Shown here: positions 8,260-17,071 of the stretch, piece after piece
Layout of the letters: each line of letters starts with the position of its first letter
Position numbering within the stretch: position 1 is the stretch's first letter
Source: Occultella glacieicola
GTDB taxonomy: Bacteria; Actinomycetota; Actinomycetes; Actinomycetales; Beutenbergiaceae
NCBI RefSeq assembly: GCF_004353825.1
Contig: NZ_SMNA01000016.1
Coordinates: 62,001 to 101,640 of the forward strand
Length of the DNA stretch: 39,640 bases
Direction of reading: 5' to 3'
Notes under the pieces: generated by a model
Seen by the model: the letters and a program-made list of their open reading frames with translations, nothing else
The model's database searches: none
What the model was told of the DNA's origin: nothing
Made by a program: the position numbers and the translations under genes

Positions 8260-9218
8260 GCGCGCTGACCAAGCCGCCGATCGCCGTCGGGAGGTCGAAG
8301 GCGGCGAAGCCGCCACAGCGACCCGTGACACCGGAACGGCGCCGCTCGAACCGGCGCGAGGCCATCCTGTTCCTCGCCCTGATCCTGCCGAACGTCGCGG
8401 CGATCGTGGTGTTCTCGTACTACCCGACGGCGTACAACTTCATCCTCAGCTTCGTGGACTGGGACCTCGTCGCCCCGTTCCCGGAGTGGGTCGGCCTGGA
8501 GAACTACCAGGACCTCCTGGCCAGTCCGCGGTTCGCCGAGGTGCTCCTGAACACTCTGCTGTTCACCCTGGTGGCGGTCGGTGGCACGCTGGTGCTCGGG
8601 CTCGGCGTCGGGCAACTGCTCGCACAGCGGCTGAAGTTCTCCGGGTTCGCCCGGACCATGGCGTTCGCCCCGCACATGCTGCCCGGCGCGGCGGTCGGCG
8701 TGCTCTGGCTGTTCATGTTCGACCCGACCTACGGCCTGAGCCGGTGGCTGTTCAACCTGATCGGCCTGGACTCCCCGAACTGGACCACCACGTCGGACTG
8801 GTCCCTGTGGGCGGTCATCATCGCGTACTCCTGGCAGCGCCTCGGCTTCGTGACGATCATCTACTACACGGCGATCCAGGACCTGCCGCAGGACGTCTAC
8901 GAGGCCGCCGAGCTCGACGGCGCCCGCGGGCCGAAGCTGTTCTGGTACATCACCCGGCCGCTGCTCTCGCCGGTCACGTTCTTCCTGAGCGTCACCGGGA
9001 TCATCAGCGCGGCGCAGGCCTTCGACATCATCGCCACGCTCACCGACGGTGGGCCGGGCTCGTCCTCGACGACCCTGAACTGGATGGTCTACGAGGAGGC
9101 GTTCAAGAAGTTCGACGTCGGCACCTCGGCCGCGGCGGCGACCGTCCTGTTCCTCATCCTCCTCGTCGTCACGCTCATCCAGGCCCGCGCGCAGGGCAGG
9201 CAGGTGCACTACTCATGA
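8256..9218 (+). CDS. CUT1 ABC permease, UgpA-like
   Basis: WVGLENY, EAA loop YEAAELDGA, ITRPLLSP, LTDGGP. Confidence 0.9.
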   Translation: MSALTKPPIAVGRSKAAKPPQRPVTPERRRSNRREAILFLALILPNVAAIVVFSYYPTAYNFILSFVDWDLVAPFPEWVGLENYQDLLASPRFAEVLLNTLLFTLVAVGGTLVLGLGVGQLLAQRLKFSGFARTMAFAPHMLPGAAVGVLWLFMFDPTYGLSRWLFNLIGLDSPNWTTTSDWSLWAVIIAYSWQRLGFVTIIYYTAIQDLPQDVYEAAELDGARGPKLFWYITRPLLSPVTFFLSVTGIISAAQAFDIIATLTDGGPGSSSTTLNWMVYEEAFKKFDVGTSAAAATVLFLILLVVTLIQARAQGRQVHYS

Positions 9219-10150
9219 GCCTCGACGTCAAGCCCCCGGTCACCGCGCCGGCACCCACCTCGAGCACCGCGGACCTCTTCGACGGCGTCGTGGACGCCGT
9301 CCCGCGCAGCCCTAACCGCAAGGTCGTGCACAACCCGGCCCTACGCGTCCTGCAGTACCTGGCGCTCGCGCTCGTGGTGGCGGTGTTCGTGCTGCCGCTG
9401 TACTGGCTATTCAGCTCCGCGCTGAAGGCCGAGAACGAGATCTACTCCTATCCGCTGCAGTGGATCCCGACCGTGCTGGAGCCGGAGAACTTCGCCGAGG
9501 CCTGGCGCTCGGCGCCGTTCGACCGGTTCTTCATCAACTCGATCATCACGACGTTCTTCGGCACCACCCTGGAGATCTCCCTCGCGATCCTGTCCGCCTA
9601 CGCGTTCGCGTTCGTGCGGTTCCGGTTCAAGACTCCGCTGTTCCTGGTCATGATCGGCTCGCTGATGCTGCCCGGGCACGTCACGCTGCTGGTCAACTAC
9701 ATCACCGTGGGCCACCTGGGCTGGCTGAACACCTACGCCGGCCTGATCCTGCCCGGGATCGGCAGCGCGTTCGCGATGTTCCTCATATACCAGCAGATGC
9801 GGGTGGTGCCCGAGGAGATCGTGGACGCCGCGAAGATCGACGGCGCCGCGCACCTGCGGCGGATGTGGTCCGTGGTGCTGCCGATGTGCCGCCCGATGAT
9901 CCTCACCGGGACCCTGATCGTGATGTTCGGCAAGTGGAACGACTTCGTCTGGCCGCTGATCGTGACGTCGACGGCGGACATGCGCACCCTGCCGATCGGG
10001 CTGATGTTCCTGCGCAGCCAGGAGGGCTACTCCAACTGGGGCTCGATCATGGCCGGCACCGTGATGGTCGCCCTGCCGATGCTCCTCGTCTTCTTCTTCG
10101 CCCAGAAGCGCATCATCGGCGGCATCGCCGCCGGTGCGCTCAAGGGCTGA
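9215..10150 (+). CDS. CUT1 ABC permease, UgpE-like
   Basis: ATGA overlap at 9215-9218; FFINSI, AYAFA, DAAKIDGA, WNDFVWPLIV, RTLPIGL. Confidence 0.9.
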   Translation: MSLDVKPPVTAPAPTSSTADLFDGVVDAVPRSPNRKVVHNPALRVLQYLALALVVAVFVLPLYWLFSSALKAENEIYSYPLQWIPTVLEPENFAEAWRSAPFDRFFINSIITTFFGTTLEISLAILSAYAFAFVRFRFKTPLFLVMIGSLMLPGHVTLLVNYITVGHLGWLNTYAGLILPGIGSAFAMFLIYQQMRVVPEEIVDAAKIDGAAHLRRMWSVVLPMCRPMILTGTLIVMFGKWNDFVWPLIVTSTADMRTLPIGLMFLRSQEGYSNWGSIMAGTVMVALPMLLVFFFAQKRIIGGIAAGALKG

Positions 10151-10222
10151 GTTCCGCACCGCCACCAGACCTGAACAACCGGAACAACCTGAACCACCAG
10201 GCAAACCCCATTGGAGATCCGC

Positions 10223-11629
10223 ATGCCCTCGTCCCGTCTGGACACCTCGCTGATGTTGAACCGCCGAACCCTGCTGACGGCGTTCGGCGCCTCCGCGGCG
10301 GGCCTCGGCCTCGCCGCCTGTGGCGCCCCGGGCGGCGGCGCCGCGGCCAACGACGCCGAGGGGGGCTCCAACCTGCGCCCCGAGTTCTCGCAGGCGCCGG
10401 TCACGGACATCCCCGCGCAGTACGCCGACCGCACCAACATCCTGTTCTGGGCGCCGTTCACCGGCGTGAACTTCGAGGCCCTGCAGGAGTTGTTCACCAA
10501 GTTCAACGACTCTCAGACCGAGATCTACGCCGCACTGGAGTCCCAGGGCAGTTACGCGGACCTGAACACGAAGTTCACCGCGGCCCTGCAGGCCCGCCAG
10601 GTGCCAGACATCGTCTGCTTCCCCGAGATGCAGTGGATCCAGTTCTACTTCTCCGACGCCCTCGCCCCGCTCGACGGCTACTTCGACGACGAGTGGTCCC
10701 TGGACGTGTACCTCCAGAACTACGTGAACGAGGGCGTTGCGGCCGGACAGACCTACGTGGTGCCGTTCGCGCGCTCAACCCCGCTGTTCTATTACAACAA
10801 GACCCAGTACGAGGCGCTCGGGCTGCCCGCCGAGGGTCCGACACGGTGGAGCGACCTGGCCGAGTTCGCCCCGGACCTCAAGAGCGTGGACGTCGCCGGG
10901 CAGCCGCTGATGCCCTTCGCGTTCGGAGCCGGTGACAACTGGTACGGCCAGGCCCACACCTGGGCGTGGGGCGGTCAACTCTCCGACGAGCTCACGGTGA
11001 CCGTGACCGACGGCCCGATGCAGGAGTGGCTGGAGTGGAAGGCGAAGTTCATCCACGACGACGGGTTCGGCTACATGGCCCAGTCCGCGATGACCGACTT
11101 CACCACGGGCCTGTCGGCCGGCACCCACGGTTCCACCGCGTCCCTGCGTGGGGCCACCGAGTCCGCGGAGTTCGAGATCGGCACCGCGTTCATGCTCGGT
11201 GGCATCGAGGACGAGACCAAGGTGCCCACCGGCGGCTCCGGTCTGTCCATCGTGAAGGCCGAGTCGCAGGAGCGTCAGGACGCCTGCGCCGTGCTGTTCC
11301 GGTTCCTCGCCGAGCCCGAGAACGCCGCGTTCTGGCACGCCGGCACCGGCTACCTGCCGATCGTCACCGAGTCCCTCGAGACCGACACGGTCACGGACCT
11401 GGTCGCCGAGAACCCGAACTTCGGTGTGGCCCTCGCGCAGCTTCCCAACGCCCAGACGGCGGACGAGCCGACCTGGTACCAGGCCGGCGCCACCGAGTTC
11501 GCCACGGCCATGGCGCAGGTCTATGGTGACAACGCCGACGTCGTCGAGGTGCTCGAGGGCCTGCAGGTAGCCTTCGAGGAGGTCATCGAGGACAACCGCG
11601 AGGACCTCGAGGAGGTCAAGGGTTCATGA
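10223..11629 (+). CDS. ABC substrate-binding lipoprotein, UgpB-like, with Tat signal
   Basis: NRRTLL twin-arginine plus LAAC lipobox; VPFARSTPLFYYNK, VPTGGSGL, TGYLPI; GGAG before ATG 10223. Confidence 0.88.
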   Translation: MPSSRLDTSLMLNRRTLLTAFGASAAGLGLAACGAPGGGAAANDAEGGSNLRPEFSQAPVTDIPAQYADRTNILFWAPFTGVNFEALQELFTKFNDSQTEIYAALESQGSYADLNTKFTAALQARQVPDIVCFPEMQWIQFYFSDALAPLDGYFDDEWSLDVYLQNYVNEGVAAGQTYVVPFARSTPLFYYNKTQYEALGLPAEGPTRWSDLAEFAPDLKSVDVAGQPLMPFAFGAGDNWYGQAHTWAWGGQLSDELTVTVTDGPMQEWLEWKAKFIHDDGFGYMAQSAMTDFTTGLSAGTHGSTASLRGATESAEFEIGTAFMLGGIEDETKVPTGGSGLSIVKAESQERQDACAVLFRFLAEPENAAFWHAGTGYLPIVTESLETDTVTDLVAENPNFGVALAQLPNAQTADEPTWYQAGATEFATAMAQVYGDNADVVEVLEGLQVAFEEVIEDNREDLEEVKGS

Positions 11630-12354
11630 TCGACGGCCCGATCCCACGGATCGTCGGGCACCGGGGCGCGTGCGCCGTGGAGCCCGAGAACACGCTCACC
11701 TCGTTCGCGCGCGGCGTCGCCGACGGCGCGGACCAGATCGAGCTGGACGTGCACCTGAGCGCGGATGGGGTCGTGGTGGTCCACCACGACCCGACCGTCG
11801 ACCGCACGGCCGTGGGATCGGGCCGCACCACCGGCGCCATCGCCGACCTGACCTGGGCGCAGCTCCAGGAGGTCGAGCTCGGCGGGGGCCAGCGGATCCC
11901 GACGATCGAGCAGGCCCTCGACGCCATCGCCGTTCCGGTCCTGATCGAGATCAAGGCCCTCGAGGCGGCCGGACCGGTCGCCCGGCTGGTGGCCGAGGGC
12001 GGGTATGCGCAGCAGTCGATCTTCATCAGCTTCAAGCCCGAGGCCCTGGCCGAGGTGCTCCGCGTCGATCCCGGCTACCGCACCGGCCTGATCGCGAGCG
12101 GGACCACCGACGTCCAGCGCGCCGCCCTCGCGGAGCTTGGGTGCCAGAACTACTCGCTGCGCTACGACGGGCTGACCCGCGAGGAGGCGGCGCACTGGCA
12201 GGCCACGGGCGTCACCGTCACCGGCTGGCCGACGCTCACCGACGCGGACCTCGCGGCCGGGCTGGCCGCCGGGGTCGACTTCCTGACGGCAGACGACCCG
12301 GGCTGGGCCCGCCGTGCCGTCGAGGCGGCCCTCGCCGCACGACCGGCCGGCTGA
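11626..12354 (+). CDS. Glycerophosphodiester phosphodiesterase (GDPD, UgpQ/GlpQ family), cytoplasmic
   Basis: VGHRGA..EPENTL.SF, IELDVHLSADG..VVHHD, IPT, IEIK; no signal peptide. Confidence 0.93.
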   Translation: MIDGPIPRIVGHRGACAVEPENTLTSFARGVADGADQIELDVHLSADGVVVVHHDPTVDRTAVGSGRTTGAIADLTWAQLQEVELGGGQRIPTIEQALDAIAVPVLIEIKALEAAGPVARLVAEGGYAQQSIFISFKPEALAEVLRVDPGYRTGLIASGTTDVQRAALAELGCQNYSLRYDGLTREEAAHWQATGVTVTGWPTLTDADLAAGLAAGVDFLTADDPGWARRAVEAALAARPAG

Positions 12355-12493
12355 GCCGCCCGGGCCCGGCCCCTGTCTGGTCCCGACCGGGCCCGACCAG
12401 GTTTGCCCTATCCGGTGCCGGTTGCCGGACCGGGCCGTCCACGCCGACTGCGCTCCCGCCGTCGACGGATCCGTTTCGAAGGAAGGCATGCGC

Positions 12494-13801
12494 ATGTCAC
12501 GCAACCGACTCCTGGTCATCTCCGTCGACGCGATGGTAGGGGAGGACCTCGAGCTGGCGCGCACCCTCCCGACGTTCTCCCGGCTGATCGAGCGGGCGGC
12601 GATCGCCGAGATCGAGTCCGTGTTCCCGACCGTCACCTACCCGAACCACACCGCCCAGACCACGGGCTGCGGGCCTGCCACGACCGGGATCTTCAACAAC
12701 CTGACCTTCGACCCGTACGCCCCGGTTCCGGTCTGGTTCTGGGACTCCCGCCACATCCGGGTGCCCACCCTGTTCGCTGCCGCGAAGGCCGCCGGCCTGC
12801 GCACCGCCGCGGTGCAGTGGCCGGTGACCGCACACGACGAGGACATCGACGTGCTCGTGCCCGAGGTGTGGCAGATCGAGCAGTGGGGCGGCATCGAGGA
12901 GCTGTACCGGGGCACCGCCTCGCCCGGCGCCTGGGAACGGTACGTGAGCCCGCACGTGCACAAGGTGGTGTGGTCGCCGAAGCGCGACTTCAACGACTTC
13001 GCGGCCGCCGTGGCCCAGGACATCCTGCGCGAGGAGCGCCCCGACGTGATGTTCCTGCACCTGGTCGCCGTCGACGCGGCCCGGCACGCCGCCGGGCCGT
13101 TCGGGCCACCTGTCGACGCGGCCCTGCGCCGCGTCGACGCGCTCCTCGGCGAGATCGTCGCCACCATGGAGGAGGTCGGGACCCTCGAGTCCACGAACGT
13201 GGTCCTGGTCAGCGACCACGGGCACCTCGCCACCACCCAGCACACGAACCTCAATGCCCTGTTCGCCGAGCGCGGGCTGCTCCGCCTGGACGACGCCGGC
13301 GCCCTCGTCGACTACGACGTGTACTGCCACGGCGCCGGCCTGTCCGCCCAACTGTTCCTCGCCGAGGACCTCACCGACGCCCGACGCGTGGAGGTGGAGG
13401 CGCTGCTCGCCGAGATCGTCGCGGAGCCGACCTACCGGATCGCCGAGATCATCACCGCGTCAGTCGCCCGGGAGCGGTACGGCCTCGACGGCCCGTTCGC
13501 GTACGTGGTGATCTCCGAGCCGGGGGTCCAGGTCGCGCCGCACCTGGACCGGGCCGTGATCGCCGTGCCCGGCGACCCGGACTTCATCGGCTACGCGGGC
13601 AACCACGGGCACGAGCCGAGCCACGGCGGGCAGCCGGTGTTCATCGCCTCGGGCCCGGACTTCGCGCCGGGCGTGCACGCCGGGCGCCGGTCCATCCTCG
13701 ACGAGGCGCCCACGTTCGCCGCCGTGCTCGGGCTCGACCTGCCGGCCGCCGAGGGAACCGTCGTCACGGAGGTGCTCGCCGCGGCCCTCGCCGAGAGGTA
13801 G
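12494..13801 (+). CDS. Nucleotide pyrophosphatase/phosphodiesterase (alkaline phosphatase superfamily)
   Basis: ISVD, FPTVTYPNH (Thr nucleophile), D...H, SDHGH, GNHG metal ligands; start 12488 or 12494. Confidence 0.9.
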   Translation: MSRNRLLVISVDAMVGEDLELARTLPTFSRLIERAAIAEIESVFPTVTYPNHTAQTTGCGPATTGIFNNLTFDPYAPVPVWFWDSRHIRVPTLFAAAKAAGLRTAAVQWPVTAHDEDIDVLVPEVWQIEQWGGIEELYRGTASPGAWERYVSPHVHKVVWSPKRDFNDFAAAVAQDILREERPDVMFLHLVAVDAARHAAGPFGPPVDAALRRVDALLGEIVATMEEVGTLESTNVVLVSDHGHLATTQHTNLNALFAERGLLRLDDAGALVDYDVYCHGAGLSAQLFLAEDLTDARRVEVEALLAEIVAEPTYRIAEIITASVARERYGLDGPFAYVVISEPGVQVAPHLDRAVIAVPGDPDFIGYAGNHGHEPSHGGQPVFIASGPDFAPGVHAGRRSILDEAPTFAAVLGLDLPAAEGTVVTEVLAAALAER

Positions 13802-13825
13802 CCACCCGGGGTGCCCCCGGTCTGG

Positions 13826-14312
13826 TCAGGGTGTGAGGTAGCGAGCCATCAGGATGTCGTCGACCTCCGCGCTCTCCAGCACGAACTCACCGCGCAGCAC
13901 GCCCTCCTCCACGAACCCGCACCGGGCGTACAGCCGGCGGGCGGCCGGGTTCGTGGAGAGCACCCGCAGCGAGACCTTCCGCGCCCCGCGCCGACCGAGT
14001 TCGGCGACGGCCGCCTCCACCAGGGCAGTGCCGATCCCGCGCCCGGTCTCGGCGGGGTGCACGGCCAGTCCGTGGATCTCGAGCACGTGGGCGTGGGAGT
14101 CGACGCCGAAGACGTGTGGGCCACTGAACGTATCCGGCCACCCGGCCCTGCTCCGTGACGGCGACGAGTATGTCCGACATGGGCACGTACGTGAACGCTG
14201 AGCGCGGCGACATCGGCGCCGGCGCCGGAGAGTTCGTGGGCGCCCAGGTCGCGTCGTCGAGGGCCACGATCGCGGCGTCGTCGGCCGCGATGGCGGTGCG
14301 GATCGAGATCAT
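13826..14312 (-). pseudogene. GNAT N-acetyltransferase split by a frameshift
   Basis: N-half (MISIRTAIAADDAAI...VAGYVQ) and C-half (SHAHVLEIHGLAVHP..GRGIGTAL..N.AARRLY..CGF) are in different frames; the span is 487 bp = 3n+1; shift near 14110-14130. Confidence 0.8.
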
Positions 14313-14392
14313 GGCTCCCATCGTGCCGTACGGCCGGTCCGGCACCGAGGAGGGCCGACGGGGCCGGGCGTCCTGGGCGTACCGTCGTGGCC

Positions 14393-15604
14393 ATGACCCC
14401 GAGGGAGCGGGCCGTGCCCGACGCGCCGCCACCACCGGCCCACGAGGCGGGACCAGCGCGCCGTCTGGTGCCCGTGCTGGCCGTGGCGTTCGCGCTGCTG
14501 GCCGTGATCGCGGACGCGGGCGACTGGCGCAACGGGCTCCTCCTGCTGATCCCGGTAGCCGCCTTCGGGGCCTGGTACCGCTGGGCGTTGCCGATCCCGC
14601 TGATCGCCGTCCCGGTTGTGGCAGGGGTGGCGGGCGCCACCTGGAACGGGGACTTCGAGCCGGCCTTCTTCCTGCTCTCCCTGCTCGCCCTGGTCTCCGT
14701 GGCGTGGTGCGAACACCGCCCGACGGCGTGGGCGCTGGTCGTGGTCTCGGTCGCCGCGGTGGTCGGGGTGACCGTGGCCCGCCCGGACGTGCACATCGCG
14801 TGGGCCCCGTGGGTCGTCGGCATCTCGTTCCCAGCGGTCCTCGGTTGGGTGATCCGGCGTCAGGAGCAAACCACCGCACAGCTGACCCGGGCCCGACGCG
14901 AGCTCGCGGAGCGCGCCGTGCAGGACGAGCGCCGCCGGATCGCCCGCGACCTGCACGACCTGGTCGGGCACGGGCTCGCCGCCGTGCTGCTCCAGGTCAC
15001 CAGCGCCCGGCACGTGCTCCGGCGGGACGTTGACTCCGCCGACGAGGCCCTGGCGGCCGCGGAGCAGGTCGGCCGGGCCAGCATGGCCGACCTCCGGGCC
15101 ACGATGGACCTGCTCCGGGCCGACGGCGAGCCCACCGGCAACGCCCCGCTGCCCGGCCTCGCACAACTGCCCGAGCTCGTGGCCGCCTACGCCGAACGGG
15201 GCCTGGACGTGGACCTGACGGCCGGGTCCGACGGGACCGGCGAACCGGCCGGCGCCGGCGACGCGCCCGAGGGGACCGACCCGCCGACCGCCACCCGCGC
15301 GCCCGAGCCGGGCACCGCCGTCGCCCTCACGCTGTACCGGATCGCGCAGGAGGCGCTCGCGAACGCGGCCACCCACGCGCCGGACGCGCGCACCCGGGTG
15401 CGCACCGCCGTCGGGCCGGCATCCATCAGCCTCGAGGTACTGACCGACGGCCCGCTCCGGCCCGGCCCGGCCGGCGCCGGCGGCCACTACGGCCTGCTCG
15501 GGATGCGCGAGCGTGCCGAGGTGATCGGCGCCGACTTCGACGCCGGGCCGACCGAGACGGGCTGGGCCGTCCGCTGCACCGTGCCGGTCGGGGCCGCTCC
15601 GTGA
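14393..15604 (+). CDS. Membrane sensor histidine kinase (HisKA_3 type)
   Basis: N-terminal TMs, ERRRIARDLHDLVGH, YRIAQEALANA..HA, GHYGLLGMRERA. TACCGT-N7-ATG suggests a leaderless start. Confidence 0.92.
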   Translation: MTPRERAVPDAPPPPAHEAGPARRLVPVLAVAFALLAVIADAGDWRNGLLLLIPVAAFGAWYRWALPIPLIAVPVVAGVAGATWNGDFEPAFFLLSLLALVSVAWCEHRPTAWALVVVSVAAVVGVTVARPDVHIAWAPWVVGISFPAVLGWVIRRQEQTTAQLTRARRELAERAVQDERRRIARDLHDLVGHGLAAVLLQVTSARHVLRRDVDSADEALAAAEQVGRASMADLRATMDLLRADGEPTGNAPLPGLAQLPELVAAYAERGLDVDLTAGSDGTGEPAGAGDAPEGTDPPTATRAPEPGTAVALTLYRIAQEALANAATHAPDARTRVRTAVGPASISLEVLTDGPLRPGPAGAGGHYGLLGMRERAEVIGADFDAGPTETGWAVRCTVPVGAAP

Positions 15605-16272
15605 TCCGCGTGGTCCTGGCCGATGACCAGGCGATCGTGCGTGCCGGGATCGCCAGGATCCTCGCCCCCGCCGACGGGTTCGAGGTCGTCGCCGAATGCG
15701 CCGACGGCACCGAGGTCGCGGCCGAGGTGGTGCGGACCCGGCCGGACGTGGTGGTGATGGACGTGCGGATGCCACGCCGGGACGGGCTCGCCGCGACGCG
15801 AGAGGTGCGGGCGTTGCCCGAGCCGCCGCCGGTGCTGATCCTGACCACGTTCGACGAGGACGAGGTGCTCTGGAGCGCCCTCGAGGCGGGCGCCGCCGGC
15901 TTCCTGCTCAAGGACGCCGGCGCGACCGACCTGATCCACGCCGTCCGGGCCGTGGCCGGTGGCGCCGCCTGGTTCGACCCGGCCGTCAGCACGCGGGTCC
16001 TGGCCGCCTACCGGCGCTCCGTGGTGCCGGGCCAGCGGCAGCGGCGGCGCCTCGAGGAACTGACCGAGCGGGAGACCGAGGTGCTGCGGTGGATGGCCCG
16101 CGGCGCCACGAACGCCGAGATCGCCGCGGGTCTGCACGTCAGCGACGGCACCGTGAAGTCCCACGTCGGGGCCGTGTTCGGCAAGCTCGGCGTTCGGGAT
16201 CGGGCCGCCGCCATCGTGTATGCGTTCGACCACGGCGTGGTCAGCGCGGGGCAGGGCCCGCCCGCCCCGTAG
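15601..16272 (+). CDS. NarL/LuxR-family response regulator
   Basis: LADDQ, DVVVMDVRMP, ILTTFD, GFLLKD, LTERETEVL..ATNAEIA..TVKSHV. Confidence 0.95.
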   Translation: MIRVVLADDQAIVRAGIARILAPADGFEVVAECADGTEVAAEVVRTRPDVVVMDVRMPRRDGLAATREVRALPEPPPVLILTTFDEDEVLWSALEAGAAGFLLKDAGATDLIHAVRAVAGGAAWFDPAVSTRVLAAYRRSVVPGQRQRRRLEELTERETEVLRWMARGATNAEIAAGLHVSDGTVKSHVGAVFGKLGVRDRAAAIVYAFDHGVVSAGQGPPAP

Positions 16273-16345
16273 GACCACGGTGGCAGGGCCGGTTCTGGAC
16301 CGTGGGCCGATGTGCCCCCAGGCCACGCGGCGCAGGATCGTGGGC

Positions 16346-17071
16346 ATGACGGACCAGCTCACCAGACCCGATCGGCGGGACGCGATCGTGGCCGCCATGT
16401 CCAGGCCGCCGGCCACCGAACCGAACCGCTACCGCGTGGTCGTGGTGGCGTTCCTGTCCCTCGGGGTGGTGGCCTACGCGGCCGTCGTCTACGGGGGCTT
16501 CGACGTGTCCGCGTCCATGGTCGACGTGCGCGAGGGCCTCGCCTGGCACTATCCGCTGCTGTGGACGCACATCCTCACCGGCGCCATCGCGCTCGGCCTC
16601 GGGCCGCTGCAGTTCGTGCGGCGGATCCGCCGGGTGCCGCGGGTACACCGCTACCTCGGGCGGGCCTACCTGTTCGCCGGGGTGGTCCCGTCGTCGATCG
16701 TCGGGATCGCGGTGGCACTGCTGACCACGAGCGGACCGGTGGCCGCCGCCGGGCTCGTGGTGGGGGACCTGCTCTGGATCACGACGGCGGTGATCGCGTA
16801 CCGGCACGCTCGCGCCGCCCGCTACCGGCAGCACGGCGAATGGATGATCCGCAACTTCGCGGTCACGTTCGCCGCGGTGACCTTCCGCGCGTGGCTCGGC
16901 CTCACGATCGCGGGCCAGGTGCCGCTGCTGGAGCCGGTGTACGGCGGAGACTTCGACGCCCTGTTCGCCGTCGCCTACGCCGCCACGTGCTGGTTGGCGT
17001 TCATCCCGAACCTGGTGTTCGTCAACCTCTACCTGCGGCATCGGCACGCCACTGCACACCCACGGCGATGA
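16346..17071 (+). CDS. DUF2306-like membrane protein
   Basis: H..TGAIAL.LGPLQF, HRYLGRAY, HGEWMIRNFA.TFAAVTFR; directly downstream of the response regulator. Confidence 0.8.
   Translation: MTDQLTRPDRRDAIVAAMSRPPATEPNRYRVVVVAFLSLGVVAYAAVVYGGFDVSASMVDVREGLAWHYPLLWTHILTGAIALGLGPLQFVRRIRRVPRVHRYLGRAYLFAGVVPSSIVGIAVALLTTSGPVAAAGLVVGDLLWITTAVIAYRHARAARYRQHGEWMIRNFAVTFAAVTFRAWLGLTIAGQVPLLEPVYGGDFDALFAVAYAATCWLAFIPNLVFVNLYLRHRHATAHPRR

Noticed and set aside
12355..12487. GC-rich inverted repeats between GDPD and NPP genes as a terminator
   Set aside because: Stems are short or imperfect, lack a U-tract and are unremarkable at this GC content.
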